A stretch of DNA of 64,000 nucleotides from Thalia democratica (taxonomy: Eukaryota): assembly GCA_965202585.1 (NCBI GenBank), contig OZ241826.1, positions 80,104,001 through 80,168,000 on the forward strand, written 5' to 3'. Below the pieces are notes generated by a model that made no database searches, had not been told where the DNA came from, and was given only the letters and a program-made list of their open reading frames with translations. Both the position numbers and the translations under genes were made by a program. Positions 40,170 through 54,363 of this stretch are shown piece by piece. Within the stretch, counting starts at the first letter, position 1. Each line of letters begins with the position of its first letter.

Positions 40170-40640
40170 CGTTTAGAATACTTTGTTTGCATGGCAACCA
40201 ATATCAGCCACGGCGACAAACGACGACGGTAACGACCAATCACGAGCGCGAATTACCTACGATAGTGGCGGTCATCACAGTGTCGAGGAAAATATCGCGG
40301 TCGTCGTTGATAATTAATTTTCTTCTGACGGCAATCTCAGTGAAAAGAATACAATTTTACCTCACATCAGTAAGTGCAGTGCAAATAGTGAAAGATCGGC
40401 ACTACGCTGTGCGAACAACTTCTATGCGAAATAAACAAACGAAGCGTAAATTCACTAAAGTTTAAGTATTTGTTATTTTTTCTTTTGTTTTTTAGGCCTA
40501 TCTAACGAGCGCTCGATGGGCGGAAAGGGGTAATTAACGCGCGGTGTGTGGTAGCACCTCGTGTTGAAAACTTGATGCGGTTAAAAGCAGATAAAAAGGT
40601 TTCGAGCTTTGTGTTCGGAAATCAACGTGAAGCTTTTCGT
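40170..40640 (-). promoter_or_regulatory. CpG-rich promoter region of copy B
   Basis: Homologous to 10150-10600; X-box-like GTTTGCATGGCAAC at about 40185-40198; donor GAG|GTAAAA at 40360. Confidence 0.45.
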
Positions 40641-43399
40641 CTGTATTACAGTTTTTTTGTCATTAGGAATTCAAGTAAGGTTTTATGCTTCATGCGCTAA
40701 TTAGTTTTTACAAAAATTAGTTTAAAACAATTTGAAAATAGTTTTTGCTTTAAAGTTTTAAGTGTTCAAATATCTCTCTTACTTACGATTATTAAACTAT
40801 AAAAAATGTGAAAACAAAAAGAAAAACGTATCAGCAACATAAGTTTTCTCAGTGACAAGAATTAAAACTATAACTTCTGAAAGACGTGTGTGCGGAAGGC
40901 TACTAACGCGCGCGAAATACAATTAAGAGCTTCTTATGACGATCGTGCCAACAGTAAACCGCCGCTGCCAGCAAAAAATTCGCTGTTAATTCGCTGCCTC
41001 TCTAATTAACGGCATAAGGAGCTTTTGCTTAGAAGAAAAGCTGAAGTGAGTTCAATACCAAGTCAAATTCACATACAACTTGCCCTCACCTAATTTCGCT
41101 GCTTCTCATCTTGCTGAAATAATATCCTTCGTTTCGTTCACCCGCAAGCTGCTATCTCTTGTCACTCATGAAAGAAGGAAAGAAGATTCGAGATTTCGTA
41201 TTTGTGACGTCGCTTTGAAGGGGGGAAATGAAGTTTGTCGTGGAAAATTGCTGGTTGTTTTATTATTGAGCTGAAATTTGCGCAGCTCGTCAGAATGCCG
41301 CCTATTGCTCGTCGATATTCAAATGTTGAACTTTCGATGAATTATCTTCAAACTATATTCGAAAATTTACTAGCTATTCAGAAATTATTATTTCAATGTT
41401 TTTCTAGACATTATTATGAGTTTGTTGTAAAAGCTCTTTTATTGTACAATTTTTCTTATTTTATTAACATTTTTTATGAATAAAACTTATTTAAATATTT
41501 TCTAAGATTTTGATCTTTAGTAAATTTCACAATTTTTTTACTAAACTTGACTTTATTTTTAAGTAAACTGTAGAATACTTTGTAGTATTATATTTTAAAT
41601 AGTAGGTCACAAAAAATACAAACACCTAGTTGTGTAAAATTCTTTAAACTCCCTTATTAATATATGCTTGTTGCTCTTTAGCTTAAAGTAGCTAAATTCA
41701 ACAACTTTTGCATAGTTATTGCAAAAAGTGTTGTATTTTTACCTACTTTGATTCAAGCTCTAATAGTAATTTCAATAAATGCTTACATTTCTTAACCAAC
41801 TATAAGTGTCAAATTGCTTTTAAGTTTCGTTTATTTAAGAATTTAACTGAAAATTGAAAGTTTTTTTTCAACACCACTTATTAATACTAGCTAAAACATG
41901 AAGTCTTAATCTAGACAAACTATGCCCTGATTTTCGAAGCAACTTTAAACACTTGTAAGTGCTTGTGCTTTGTTGTGATTTATTAAATTTTACTGAATAA
42001 ATGAAATGACTCAAAGTATTTCTCGGTCGTCCAGTTTAGCTGAGACTGAAAATGAAATCAGGTTTATAAAACAGGCTTGTTTGGCACGAAGTGTTGTTGA
42101 AACAATAAAAGATTATTTTGAGCAGAAGATACTGCTTTTGTGCTTTGATTAGATGATTGAACTGGGTTATCCGAGTGACATTGGCTTTAATAGTTAGTAC
42201 TTATGTATGTTAAGTTGTTTAAATAAACACTGTTGTTAGATTTATAAACAAGCCTATCTCTAGCTAATCTTCAAAAAGGTTAATTTAAAACATTATTTTA
42301 ACTCGACTTTCTAATAAAAATAAGTTTACAAAGAAACAGATAGTGATTAAACTATTAAACTTCTTAATAAACTTATTTTTTTTTCAAGTCTAAACACCAG
42401 GTGTTAAATGTAGAACCACTTCACTTAAAAAAATAAACTTCTTTTCTAAGTTCTTTAAACTATTGTTTAAGTTAAATTAAACTTAGACAGCTTAAAAACA
42501 ATAGTATGCTCTTTAAAATTTATAAAAAACATACAAGACTTACTTATTTCACTTTGTCTTGAGTCTATAAAGTGTAAGTTAATGTGTTTGAAATTTCTTA
42601 TTCAAACAAACAATTTAAATCAAAACTTTTAACTTTAAATACAATCTTACAATGTTTTAAGGCTTAAATTTTTTATATGACACATTTACAAACTTTGAAA
42701 ATTTGTTTATAAAAAAAACACTTTACACATGATACCAGAAATCGTTGATTCTTCGACTCAACATTTGTGTTAATAAATTTAATTTTTGTTTTTTGTTTTA
42801 TTAATGCATATTTTTATTTTTTATTTAACAACTAAAAATAACATTGTTTATTAACGGAACACTTCTTGAACCAAAGCTTAGATATCAAAAAGATTAACAG
42901 ATATTTATGCTTTAGCTTTTACAATGTTTGAACTAAGAAATTGAAATGTCAAAACTTAAACTGACGAAATCTTTCACAAATTCAATCTTTGTATTTTGAA
43001 CTTACGTGATTTAAAGTTTGTAATTCAAAACAGCGTAGTTTGAATTGCCGTATTTGGAACTGTCGTACTTATAATGTCAGAACTTAAATATCAAATTTAA
43101 ATTGGTGGAAATTAGAAATTCGGAACTTGAGTATGAAGTCTGATTTCGGCTTATATAATTTAATCTGTCGTATTAAACTTGTCGGAATTAAAAAAAAAAT
43201 TATCTTGTTTAAATTGAACTTTGATTGACTAATGATTTAAAATTGAGCTTAATTTTTGACATTTTCAACGCAAAACATTGCTACAAATACTTTAAGTATT
43301 TTTAGGAAATTTCATAAATAAAATTTATAAAACCTAACATCTACGCTTGTTTTTGAATATTTTGATTTACAAAACGCACTTTATACGTCATTCCTGCTT

Positions 43400-46300
43400 T
43401 AAATTTTCAATAAGAACGACTTTTACTCTTGCAAGCTTTCCTTCAATTTTGCGTTTACTTAAAGATAATAATAATAAAAAAACTCTTCGTGAAAGTAAAC
43501 GACTGGCCGAAAGTATAGAACGAAACTTGGACAAAACGAGAAAGCTCTCATCAATCGATAAATTTCAGAAGAAGTCCAACAACGGAGATTGTCAACGGGA
43601 GAGGAAAGTGACAGCTAAGTTGTGAATGGCGGAACGAAGTATGAAATGTGTGCTTTAGTTAGCTTTGACGTTTCGTTGATACCTTTTGCTTGTTCAAGCG
43701 AAAACGAATAAAAAAAAGTGAAAGACGCGAGTTTGGCAAACATTGGAATTTCATACAAGCGAGCAAAATACAACATCGCACGTCGTTTCAATTGCAACAC
43801 TTCAGTTGTGATGTTCGCTTGCTTTTATAATTAGGTTTTTAAGGATTATCTCTACAAGATACAAAATTTAACAGCTAAAAATTGCTTACAGGGAAAGTGT
43901 TGAGACAAAAATCTCGACAGTTGTTTTAAGTTCTTTTACAATTTTAGTTTCACTTTGTTTATAGTGTGTTTTGTTTGTATATATTTTTTATTTAGAACCC
44001 TATAATACTTTATAAAGTAATAAAACTACTTTTAATGGTTTTGTGTAGATAAAAGGAAGCAATTCCTTTACAGTTTTGTGAACCAATACAAGGTATCGAT
44101 TACGAAATTTTACAATATTTGGGGAAAAATATTCTTTTACAACCCATAATGATTCGAAACAGTTTACAAAAATACTTGCTACTTAATTAACGTTTGCCTT
44201 TCTTTTAAAACCTCAAACAGTTCTGCTTTTCGGTCAATTCGTAGTGGTGGTAAAGGTTCTAAAACAAACCGATCGTTCAATTTGCGAAACAAGTTGTTCA
44301 ATTGTTACTTTTAACTAAAAAATTATATTATACTCGTGTCTATAGTTTTCGTGATTTTTAGTGCCTCTTGTTAATTAATGGCTGCTGTGCTAAATAAAAA
44401 CTTAAATGAATTAAAATTTAACTTTATATCTTTATACGACTGTAAACAATAACTAACTAAATTTATCTTTTATATATATGAAAAGGAAGTATAGTTTTTT
44501 TTTAAATATATTGTTCTAAATCTAAGTAACATTGATATTAGATAACTAGTTGTTATTAAATATAACCAAAAATTTACTTTTTAGTTAATTCTTGTAACTA
44601 ATTAACTGTTTTTGAGTTACTAACTAAGTTAGTACTTTAAATTATGTCTAAAATAATTAACCACACAGAAAAAAAAACAACTAATATTGAAGATATCATA
44701 ACCCTTTAAGATTAACAAAAAGTCATCATTATTTAACCAGTAGTCTGCATTGACCTATGTGCGAATATTGCAAGCAGCTTTTTGTTTGAAAACGACCAAC
44801 AACAAAACAACAAGAAGCCTTCTCGCTGTTTCTCGTTTCAAATAATTAGTCGAAATCCCTTCTGAGATCTAAAAATCAGTGTTTTTACTCTAAGTATCTC
44901 TCTCTATGCATGAGGTTTTAATGATAGGTTTGTATTAATTTAGGCATGCGCTAAAACACACAAAAATTCATCTATATGTTGGCGTCTGCATTGACTTGTG
45001 TGCGAATAACGCAAGCAGCTTTTTGTTTGAAACCGCCATCAATAAAACAACAAGAAGCCTTCTCACTTTTTATCGTCTTTAAAAGTTATTAAAATCAATT
45101 CTGAGTTCTATAGATCAGCGCTATGCTCTAAGTAGCTCACTATGCATGAGATTTTAATTATAGGTGTTATTATTAATTCGTAAAATATGTCAATTTTTGG
45201 CTTCCTACCTGCGCGGCAACAAAGTATCGGAATGATCAGTTTGCACAAACAGGCTTGTTGCCGTTGAAGCACAAACAGAAAGTTTTAAGTTAGACGAAAA
45301 GAAAGCTGCAAGCTTAACAACTAGACTATTTTAAATATTTATTGACGCTTTTTCTAGATGTATTTTGCAGAATAACTTCGAGAAATTCGTTTTTTTTACG
45401 AACCGTTGCTTCTCAAATTCACATAAATCTTTAGAAGCAACTCAAAAGGGACGAAAGCGTAATTCGTTCGATCTATGATATGATGCAGATATTCATAATT
45501 ATCACGTTATATTAAGTTTAAACTACTTCTTACATCAACAGTTATTTATATAAATAGTTTTGAGAAAAAATAAGATAACTACTTCTAAATAATTTATCTA
45601 TACTTATACGTAGACTTTAAGTTCACTTTTATTATAGTGTTTTAAAAAATATTAAAAATTTCAAACACTCTGTAAAAAAATTACTATAAATGTTATTTGT
45701 CAATAGTTTTTTTTTAATTGATAAAAACTGCAACTTATAGAGTATAAATGTCTACAAAATTAATAACACAAGTACAAAAAGACTAAAATTTACTACAAAG
45801 TTAAAACTTTTAAAATTTCTTATAAGAAACCAATTTTCGTTGTTACGGCTACTAGAATTGTGTTTACGTACAAGAAATATTACTATATTTTAAGCTAGTT
45901 ATGCTTTTAATAAGTATTTTGTTAAGTGTAATTGTATCCTAAATTTCTGTGTTTTACAAAGTCTACCAATAACGGTATGAAAAGACTATGCACAGAAACT
46001 TTTGATTTTTAAACTACTGTTTAATCTTTAGAAAAGGCAAGATTTAAGAAAGTTTTCCTCATGTGCATAAACTTTTAAATTTACTAGCAAATTCTAAAGT
46101 TCAATAGTTTCAAGTGAAACTTAAACAGTACATTTTTGTAGACATATTAGTAAGCTAAAAAACTTTAAAGTAACAAAAGTTTAATAAAGTTTTCAGCTAT
46201 TTAACTGCCTATTTATTACCGCATCTACCAAAATGTCAATTTAAAGCACAAAACAAGTTTTGTTTAAAAGAAGGAACACCAACTAAATATGTTTTTGTTC

Positions 46301-46500
46301 TTACTAATAAACAAGATAACCAGCAAAATTATACAGCATACAAGCTAAACTGACAATACCGTCTCTGTTCAAACAACTTATTCGCTGGTAACGGTTACTA
46401 AGCAACGGAAAAGCAAATCTGTAATCAAATTAAGCCGATAAGCGCAGATCGAATCTTACGTAGCAACTTAGGTGACGTGGTTGCTTAGCAACAAGCTTGT
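43400..46500 (-). pseudogene. Exon-less relic of a SAMD11-like copy upstream of B
   Basis: Intronic elements in the same order as in copy A: about 43540 (cf. 4990), about 43700 (cf. 5590), 44740/44980 (cf. 6440), 46385-46500 (cf. 8800-8970). No recognisable exon remains. Confidence 0.6.
44740..45180. repeat. Two tandem ~240-bp copies containing the conserved intron-3 element
   Basis: GTCTGCATTGAC.T.TGTGCGAATA..GCAAGCAGCTTTTTGTTTGAAA...CAAGAAGCCTTCTC at about 44745 and 44985; other copies at 6445, 22270, 37070 (partial) and 56920. Confidence 0.85.
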
Positions 46501-49500
46501 CAGTTCTTCATCAGTTTGTAGGTTATAGTTAGATGGCGGAACAATGCAAAGTTAGGCAGCGAGTTTCGTCTGAAAAGGGTATGTTAGCTGAAAGGTTGTA
46601 TATATATATAACTATTAAGTCAATTTAGTAATTAAAAAAAAAGAGTAAAATATTTTTTGCTAAATTATTTTTCAATTCTTTTATGGAACAAGAAAGCGTA
46701 CTAAATTGAAAGAGTTAAAAAAAATTACAGCTATGACAATTTATTTTTTTGAAAGAACTAACTGCTTGACATTTACTAATGGTTTTGATAGTAAATAGAA
46801 TACTTTAACACTTAAATACTCTTTAAATTTTACCTATTTGCTGTTTAAATTTTAATTGGATATGTTGTTATTTTTTGCTTTACAATTGTTAATTCTAATA
46901 TTTATAGTCTGCTGAAATGAAGTATTAGGTATTTTTTATTTGAAAACCTTAAAAAATAAATTGAAGTCTTTGTAACTGTTTGGAATTTTTGATAAAACTA
47001 ACCGAGTTTTTTACTGGTATAAAAAAAAAAGTGTTGTTGTAAATTAATTGCCTTTAAACTTGTTTTGCGCGTAACATATAATTTGCAAAAGGTAAAAGCT
47101 ATTTTTTTTTTGGATTTTAAGTTGTCTAAACACTTTGAAGTTAATTTAAAATTAAATACACAAAGAACTTTATACTATAAGTGAAATTTACAATTTTTTT
47201 TACTATTTTATTATTATAGTCAATTATTTAATATCAAAATAAAGATTTTTATTTTATAATTTGAATCGTATTATTTTTAAACTATTTGATATTTTACACA
47301 CTTGTACTCATCAAAACAAACTGAATTAATAAAAAATGGTGACTGTGTAATTTAACTCTGGTGAAAGTAAAGTTAATCTTTAAAGTTCATAGGACTTCAT
47401 TTTTAAAAAAAAAGACTAACAAATTATTGATTTTTGTTTAAAAAGAAATAAAAAAGCTCTAAAAAAGCATAAACTAGTTATTGGATATAAAATAAATTTC
47501 AATGAAAAATTTAGAAGCTTATTTTAATGGAAATTTGTAAAATCTGTTTAAAGTTATGTCTACTTATTATATAGAAATTAATATACTTTTTTTGCAAGCA
47601 ATGTTCTAATGTCATTGCAGGAATGTATTTAGTTACTATTTTCTTTATTTTCTGGTAATAATGTTTAAATAAGTTAAAACTTTGAGATAAAAAATAAGGC
47701 TTTAATGAAAAACTACTTTCAACTAAGCATTAAGTATGTTTTTAAAATTCTAAACTGAAATGCTTTATTAATGATCACGTTAAAAAATGATACATTGAAA
47801 TATTACAAATTAAAACAAAAAGTTACGTGAAAAGACGGTAAGACGGACGAAAAGTAAAGTATTTTAAAGTTATCAATAATCTTATGAGTTTCTTAAGAGG
47901 CTAAAAAAAATAACAAGCGATTTGACCACAAATATCCTTTGCTAGTATGATATTTTAAAAAAGTATTATAAGAAACTGAGTTAGAAGGAAAAATAAAACA
48001 AAATTCAAAACAAGTTTTTTATGCACCCATCAATCATAAACTCAAAATTCAACCTAATTTTGTTTCTCGTTTCGTTGCTATGACAATCTTTATTGTTACT
48101 AAAAAATAGCAATGCTTTTACCTAAGATATAAAAAAAAACACAATTCAAGGAGTTAATCAAAAATTCCTCGTCAAAGTTTCTAAACAATAACTTTCGTAA
48201 GTTAAACAAACTCTTTTTTTATTTTTATAGTTCTAATATTTTACACAAAACTCTTTTATTGACAATTTTTGACTTTGAAATAATTAAACTAGGTTGTTTT
48301 TACAAATTTTAATGCCAGAATTCTACTCACTTTATTTTTTTTGTTTGATCAAATTCTTTTTAATCTATAATTTTTTACCCAGTTTCGATAAAAGACAACA
48401 GTTGCTATTACTAAAAAGTTCCTTACAGCTTTTATTCTGTTCAAAATTTTGTGTTTGTAAAGAACGTTGTTAATAATTTAAACTGATTTATATCTGTAGA
48501 TATGTTATTAAGTACTAAAGTTTTAGTGCAGCAATAACATATAAAACTCGTGTCAATCAAAATCATTTAAGGAAATTTTACTAAACATTAATAATACATT
48601 TGGAGTGTGCCGTGTGGTAAGTAAAATACGATATAATAGATTTTATGTTTTTTTTTTCTAGCATTTACTACTGTAGAAACTACAGTTACAGAGTCAGTGT
48701 AAAATGTTGTTTTATGTTATTGTTTGAAAATTTAAGTAGAATTTTTTCAGTAAGTATAACTTTTAAAGATAATTTAAATTTTCATAAACGATGCAAACAA
48801 AATACTTGCGTACTATAAGCAAGTTTTTTTGTAAAAAATGTTTTTATAGTTTGTCTGTAACAGTTTTCTTTCAAGTGAACAAACATGCTGAGTTTCAAAT
48901 GTATACTAGTCTTAAAGTATTTTCGTTTATTGAACGATTAAAAAGAGCGCAAAAAGTTTTGTCTAAAGACCTGGTGTACGAAAAAACCTTTCGGTTATCG
49001 AGGTGCACCACTCGTACACCGTTAGATTGGTTAGTTTTTTTATTTATATTAAATGTTTTTTACTTAATCTCGGTTGCTTAATTATTATAAGAATTTATTA
49101 ACGATAAAAGTAGTAGTTTAAATGAAAAAAATTCGATCGTTTTTTGCATAATGTTTTATTTTAGTGATAAGTTTTATGTTTTGTATCATAAGTTTAATAA
49201 TCACTAATCTATGCGACTAAAAATAAAACATTGTGCATAACTTAATTTCTAGCTGTAAAACTAAGTTGAAAGCTATAAAAGGATATACTTCAATTTGTAT
49301 ATAGAGATTAAAACTAAATTTATGAAAAAAAAAAGGTTTTAAAACTTTATAACTTAGGAATAAAAAATTTAAAAAGTGTTTATTTAATTTAGTTTTTTCT
49401 TTTTATTAAATGAAAACTTTTACTGATATACATCAAAGTAAAACATATGTTAAATAACAATTTTTTTGTATTAAATGTTTTTAACACAGACTTGTTACTG

Positions 49501-52500
49501 AACGTGAACTTTGAAATAGCATCATAACTTTTAATGTTAAATTACTTTTAAAACTGTGATTGTTTTTATTTTACTAAAACTCTGAACTTTTCTTATTATT
49601 GCAAGTAGTTCTTTTTTGAAAACTTATTCGTTTGCAAAAGTTCAGTCTGTTGTTGAAGGAATCAATATCGAGAACTTATAAATGAAGTAAAGCCAAAAGA
49701 AAAGCATTTCAACAATACCAAGCCGTTTCAAAGACATTTCAGGTAAAATAATAGTACGAACAAAATATGTTGGCACCGAAGCTCGCTTTAAACCAGAAAG
49801 CTAACCAGTAAGCGACGACTTTTAAAACCTTTATTAACCAGAACGACCGTGAGGGAATCTTAATTCGATTTTCCCAAAGGCCTTCTTACACCGCTACTCA
49901 TTTTATTATATTCTACTTTTACACGCGAATTTCTGTTCAGGTTAGCGGTTTATCCTTCTCCCATGGGAAATATTTTACAAATTTGAACGCAAAATCCCAT
50001 TGAAGCTTCAGTTTGATTTATTATGTTTTTCCACGAGCGCCCGACCGGTGCTTTTTTCCACCGAAAAAACATTAGAGCTCGGGTCACGCATTGTGACGTC
50101 ATAAAAGCAGATGGTTGAACTGTGAGATTGCGAAATTTGTAACACACTGTTTGAGCAAAAATTGCAAAAAAAAATCTATCCATTCTGTTTTTTTTCGCTC
50201 TGTATTCTGATTTTTTTTCAAGGTATCATTGTTTAACAATAAAAAGCTGTGAATCTTTAAAATGCTGTTTTTTTTTTGTTCGTTCACAGTTTATGCCTTT
50301 TTTTGACGATTTTTGTTCAACTATCTATAATTTTAACAAACTGGCTTTTACGAAAAAGTTTACAAAAACTAAAAAAAAAAAACTTGAATGAATTTTTTTG
50401 CAAACTTATAATAAAAAACCAACTCAAAATTTTTAGGAAACTAAAAACTGCCTAAAAACTTATTCGCTTTCCCGTAAAAAAATCACTTACCAAGAAAAAT
50501 GCACTCGCAGAAAACTAGCGACGTCGGCCGAAAGCACTAAGAAAAGGTCAAGGCGGCGATAAAAGCTAAAATTCTCCCCACACCATGCACACAGCGAGGT
50601 TATTGCTTTGCGTGTACCCAAAATCGCGACCCTTTGAAGCTCAGCAGCCGGTTTTCGGTCGCTCGAAATGCGAACGCAAAAACCCAGTGATGGTTTTGTT
50701 TGATATATGATGTTTTTCCACGAGCGCGCGATCGGTTTTTTTCCACCGAAAAAAATTAGAGCTCGGGTTATGCAAGGCAAGTTATGACGTCACAAAAGCA
50801 GATGGCTGAACGGTGAGAGCTTTGCAAAATTTACCACTCTGCTTTTTTGTTTATTTGCATTGTATTCCGTTTTTTTTTTTAAGTAAAACGTTTTTAACAT
50901 TTTTCAATTTTAAAATTTTAAAATTAAAAAATATGCACATTAAACATTCAACTTAAAAGTTTTAAGATTTAAAAACTAAACACTTTACTGCAGACTTTTT
51001 CACTTTCCCGAAAAATAGCCACTTACTAATAAAAAGCACGAAAACGCGATGTCGACCAAAAGCACAAAGTTATAAGCCAACAAAACGCGGCGATAAAATT
51101 TCATTCTTCCCCGCAATTAAGCGCACAGCGAGGTTATTGCTTCCTGTGCCTCCCTAAACACACGACTTTTTTGTTGCTCAGCAGCAGCTTTTCGGTCGCA
51201 CGGGCGCGAAAGTGGGGGTGGCGGCTTTGTTTGAGGATCGTGTGTGATCTGATGCTTCGTCGCCTTTCTCTCTCTTTTCACTTTCGAGCAACGGCGGCGG
51301 CGATTAAAAGTTTGCTGAGCGACGCAGCGGAGAGAGCCGAGCGGCGGAAAGAAGTGCATTCGACGGCATTCGACGAGCAGAAGCTTTTTATTTTGTAGCA
51401 GAAGCAAAGCGAGACGGCGGCTTTGGAAGCTTGTCGAAGTTTTGAATATCGAGATTCTATTTTCGTAGGTGGTTAATGAGCAGTTTGCAGGTTTCTTTTA
51501 AAAGTTTTTGTTTAACACTTTTATTCAGTTTTGTTTTTTTACATTTTTTGTTGTTTTAAAGTTTCAGTTTAGGTTTTTAAGTAAATAGAATTGTTTTACT
51601 GTTAATTAAACGATGGTATGACTAAAAGTTCAATAAATAGTTAAAGTTTTTTAATAAGTTTTATTTCATGTTTTGTAGCTATGTTGAATAACGAGACTTT
51701 AAACTTTATTTTTTTTTTATCGGTAATTAATCGAAATTTAAATAACTTACTGGATTTGGAAAAATTTTTAAGTATTTTAACGAAATGCTTTTTATAGTAA
51801 AATATTGAAGATTGAAAATCATAAAAAAAAATTAATGATAATTTATGTACTAGACTTATAAATACTAGAGTTTTTATCTACAGTATAAACGTATTGAATT
51901 CTTATTGTTTCTTAATTCTTATTACAAGCAAATAACAATACAATTTTAAACAAATAAATTTTATAATGCAAACAGTTTGTATGGTAGTGTTTTTAGACTT
52001 TTCTTAATAATAATAAAGTTAATTAACATTATTGTATATATATTTTTGTTTCATCTATGCTAGTTGTAAACATATTTACTTCTAAGAATAGTCTTACTCT
52101 AAAAGTCTGAACTAAAGAAATTGTACTATGTTGTCATTTGTGCGCTATGACTTGAGTACAGCAATGTTCACTGGTAGAAAAATAATGATTGTAAATTACT
52201 TAAGCATCGATTAAAAACGTAATAGTTTTACATACTAGCGAATAAGTAGACGAAATAAACAATAGTAAGAAAAAATTTGCCTTTTTAAGCGACGCCGTAA
52301 AAACTTTTAAATGATTGTTGAACTTCGGGCTCTCAAATCTTCAACGAAAGCTCATCTTACACAACAGCCACCAGCAAGATTTCATTAGAGACCCTTTAAA
52401 ACCGGCCCCCCTTAAAGCGTGGTCGCACACGGCGCGTTATCTCAGCAGCTAGCTGCCTTTTCCTGCTTCAAGAATGACAAGGCAGCTTGCGAGTGAACGA

Positions 52501-52989
52501 AACGAAGGAATAATCTCAGCAAGAAAAGAAGCAGCGAAACTAGGTGAGGGCAAGTTGTATGTGAATGATTGGCATCGACTTTGTTTTGAACTCTTCTCTT
52601 TATGGCTTCCAAGTGAAGCCAGCTTCTCACATGCCGCTAATTAAAGGCGCCGAATTAGCAGGCGTTTAGCTGGCAGCTCTTGTTTTGCGTTTGGAATTTG
52701 ATGGTGGCTACTTTCATAAAGTTATAATCTCTGATGGGCGTACTTTTGAATGGTAGCAGAAGCTATACGGATTTCGTTTGTATTTTATTTTTACTGGAGC
52801 TTTAAATAAATTCAAAAGGGTTATAAGTAAAATGTTGTTTTGCTTATATTTTAATTACTTTCGTTCCAAGTAATATATAATTTAACAGTACTTTTGTATA
52901 GAATAAGTACTTTTTTAAGGCAAAAAATAATTTTTTGCAGCACAAAAATCCTCATAGGCTCGTGGCAAGCTTTTCATTCACTTTCCATA

Positions 52990-53650
52990 CATTAGTTCTT
53001 CCATAAGAAATCTTTAAAACGACAACCAGTGTGTCGGCTGGCGAAAAAAAAGTAGGAAGGGAAACACAAAAAAACGAGACAGACAAGTGGTATGCCTAAA
53101 ACTGTCGCCTTCTCTTAAGTTTCCGAATTTAGAAAATCAATCTACCGCCGCCCTCGCTAATTTCACCTCTTTATCTGCTAAAATCTATACATTCAACTTC
53201 AAAGCTGTTTCACAGACAGCTACCACACACAACGCGCTGCTATTTTTTACTCTCGCTAATTGTCAGCTCGTTAGATGCCGTCGCTGGTTTTTTCTACTTA
53301 AAAGTACAATAAGCTATTAAAAAGCAGAGGGGCGGTGATTTTCGCTCGGTGTGTTTTCAGTTGCGTGTTTTTATCGCAAACACACAAACAATGAAAAGAG
53401 CTGCGGTTTTTCGCACAACGCAGCGCTCGGATTTAGTTGTTTACACAGCGCGCTTCTGCTAACACGATTTCGCCTCGTTTTCATTTTTCGCTGAGGTCCG
53501 TAACCGCATCACCGCAACTGGTTGCTGACAACAGAGCTGATCGCAATCTGTCTTGCTCGGTGCCTACTCCCGGGTCGTCGTCTCGGTCGAAATCGTTTGC
53601 CGTGGGAACCAGATGCCGAGAGGAGCGCGATGGCCTCAAGTCTAATGAAT
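52990..53650 (+). promoter_or_regulatory. CpG-rich promoter / non-coding first exon region of copy C
   Basis: Reverse complement of 10140-10750; candidate donor GAG|GTCCGT at 53496. Confidence 0.5.
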
Positions 53651-53805
53651 CAGAATTTTTCATTGAACTTTTTTTCTTTTGCATTTTTTTGAAAAGAGAT
53701 TGAATGCGACGTTTTAAAATTTGTTTTGAAAGTGTCAGAGATACGTTAAGCTTTTAGTTGTTTTAATATTATATTAACTTTTTAACAAGGAAACGTAAAA
53801 GCATC

Positions 53806-53897
53806 TATCATAAAACATTTTCATAGTTATCCCTTTTGTATGTAATAAGTTTATCATAAAACATTTTCATAGTTATCCCTTTTGTATGTAATAAGTT
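53806..53897. repeat. Perfect 2 x 46-bp tandem duplication in the 5' intron of copy C
   Basis: TATCATAAAACATTTTCATAGTTATCCCTTTTGTATGTAATAAGTT repeated exactly. Confidence 0.95.
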
Positions 53898-54363
53898 TTC
53901 AATTAATTGATATGCAAAACATTAGTATTTACAATTCTAAATGTAAGAACAAGCTGGTTTAGGTAATATCTTAATTAAAGAAAAATTTTCGAACAAAAGT
54001 TTAAGATTTAAAAAAGATTTTTACAGATTTTTACCAACTATAGTTAATTATTTATCAATTTTACTTTTTGTTATAAATTAATTATTTGTTTCCTAGTAAA
54101 ATTATGAGTAACAAATATCTCCATTTAATTCATGGTAAAATAACAATTATTAAATAATTACCAATTAGTACTTGTTTATATTATTCAATTTTCTTAAAAC
54201 TGAAAGTCATTAAAAATACTGTTCAATGAAAACTACAGATTAAACAGACTGCTTTATTTCTTTCAAACTATTAAAACTATGTTTTACTTAACAAAGAATG
54301 TTTTGTAAATTTAAAAAATATTAGTAATCACGTGAATTACAGGTAAATAAAAATACTCTAAAT

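Larger units (their letters stand above)
40870..46500. repeat. Right inner arm of inverted duplication
   Basis: E.g. 40941-40975 GATCGTGCCAACAGTAAACCGCCGCTGCCAGCAAAAA is the reverse complement of about 26545-26581. Confidence 0.75.

Noticed and set aside
42007-42200. Coding-looking stretch MTQSISRSSS...ILLLCFD*MIELGYP
   Set aside because: Internal stop, no recognisable family, and the mirror copy has multiple stops.
48973-49020. 9-bp inverted repeat GGTGTACGA...TCGTACACC
   Set aside because: Too short, single copy, no TSD.
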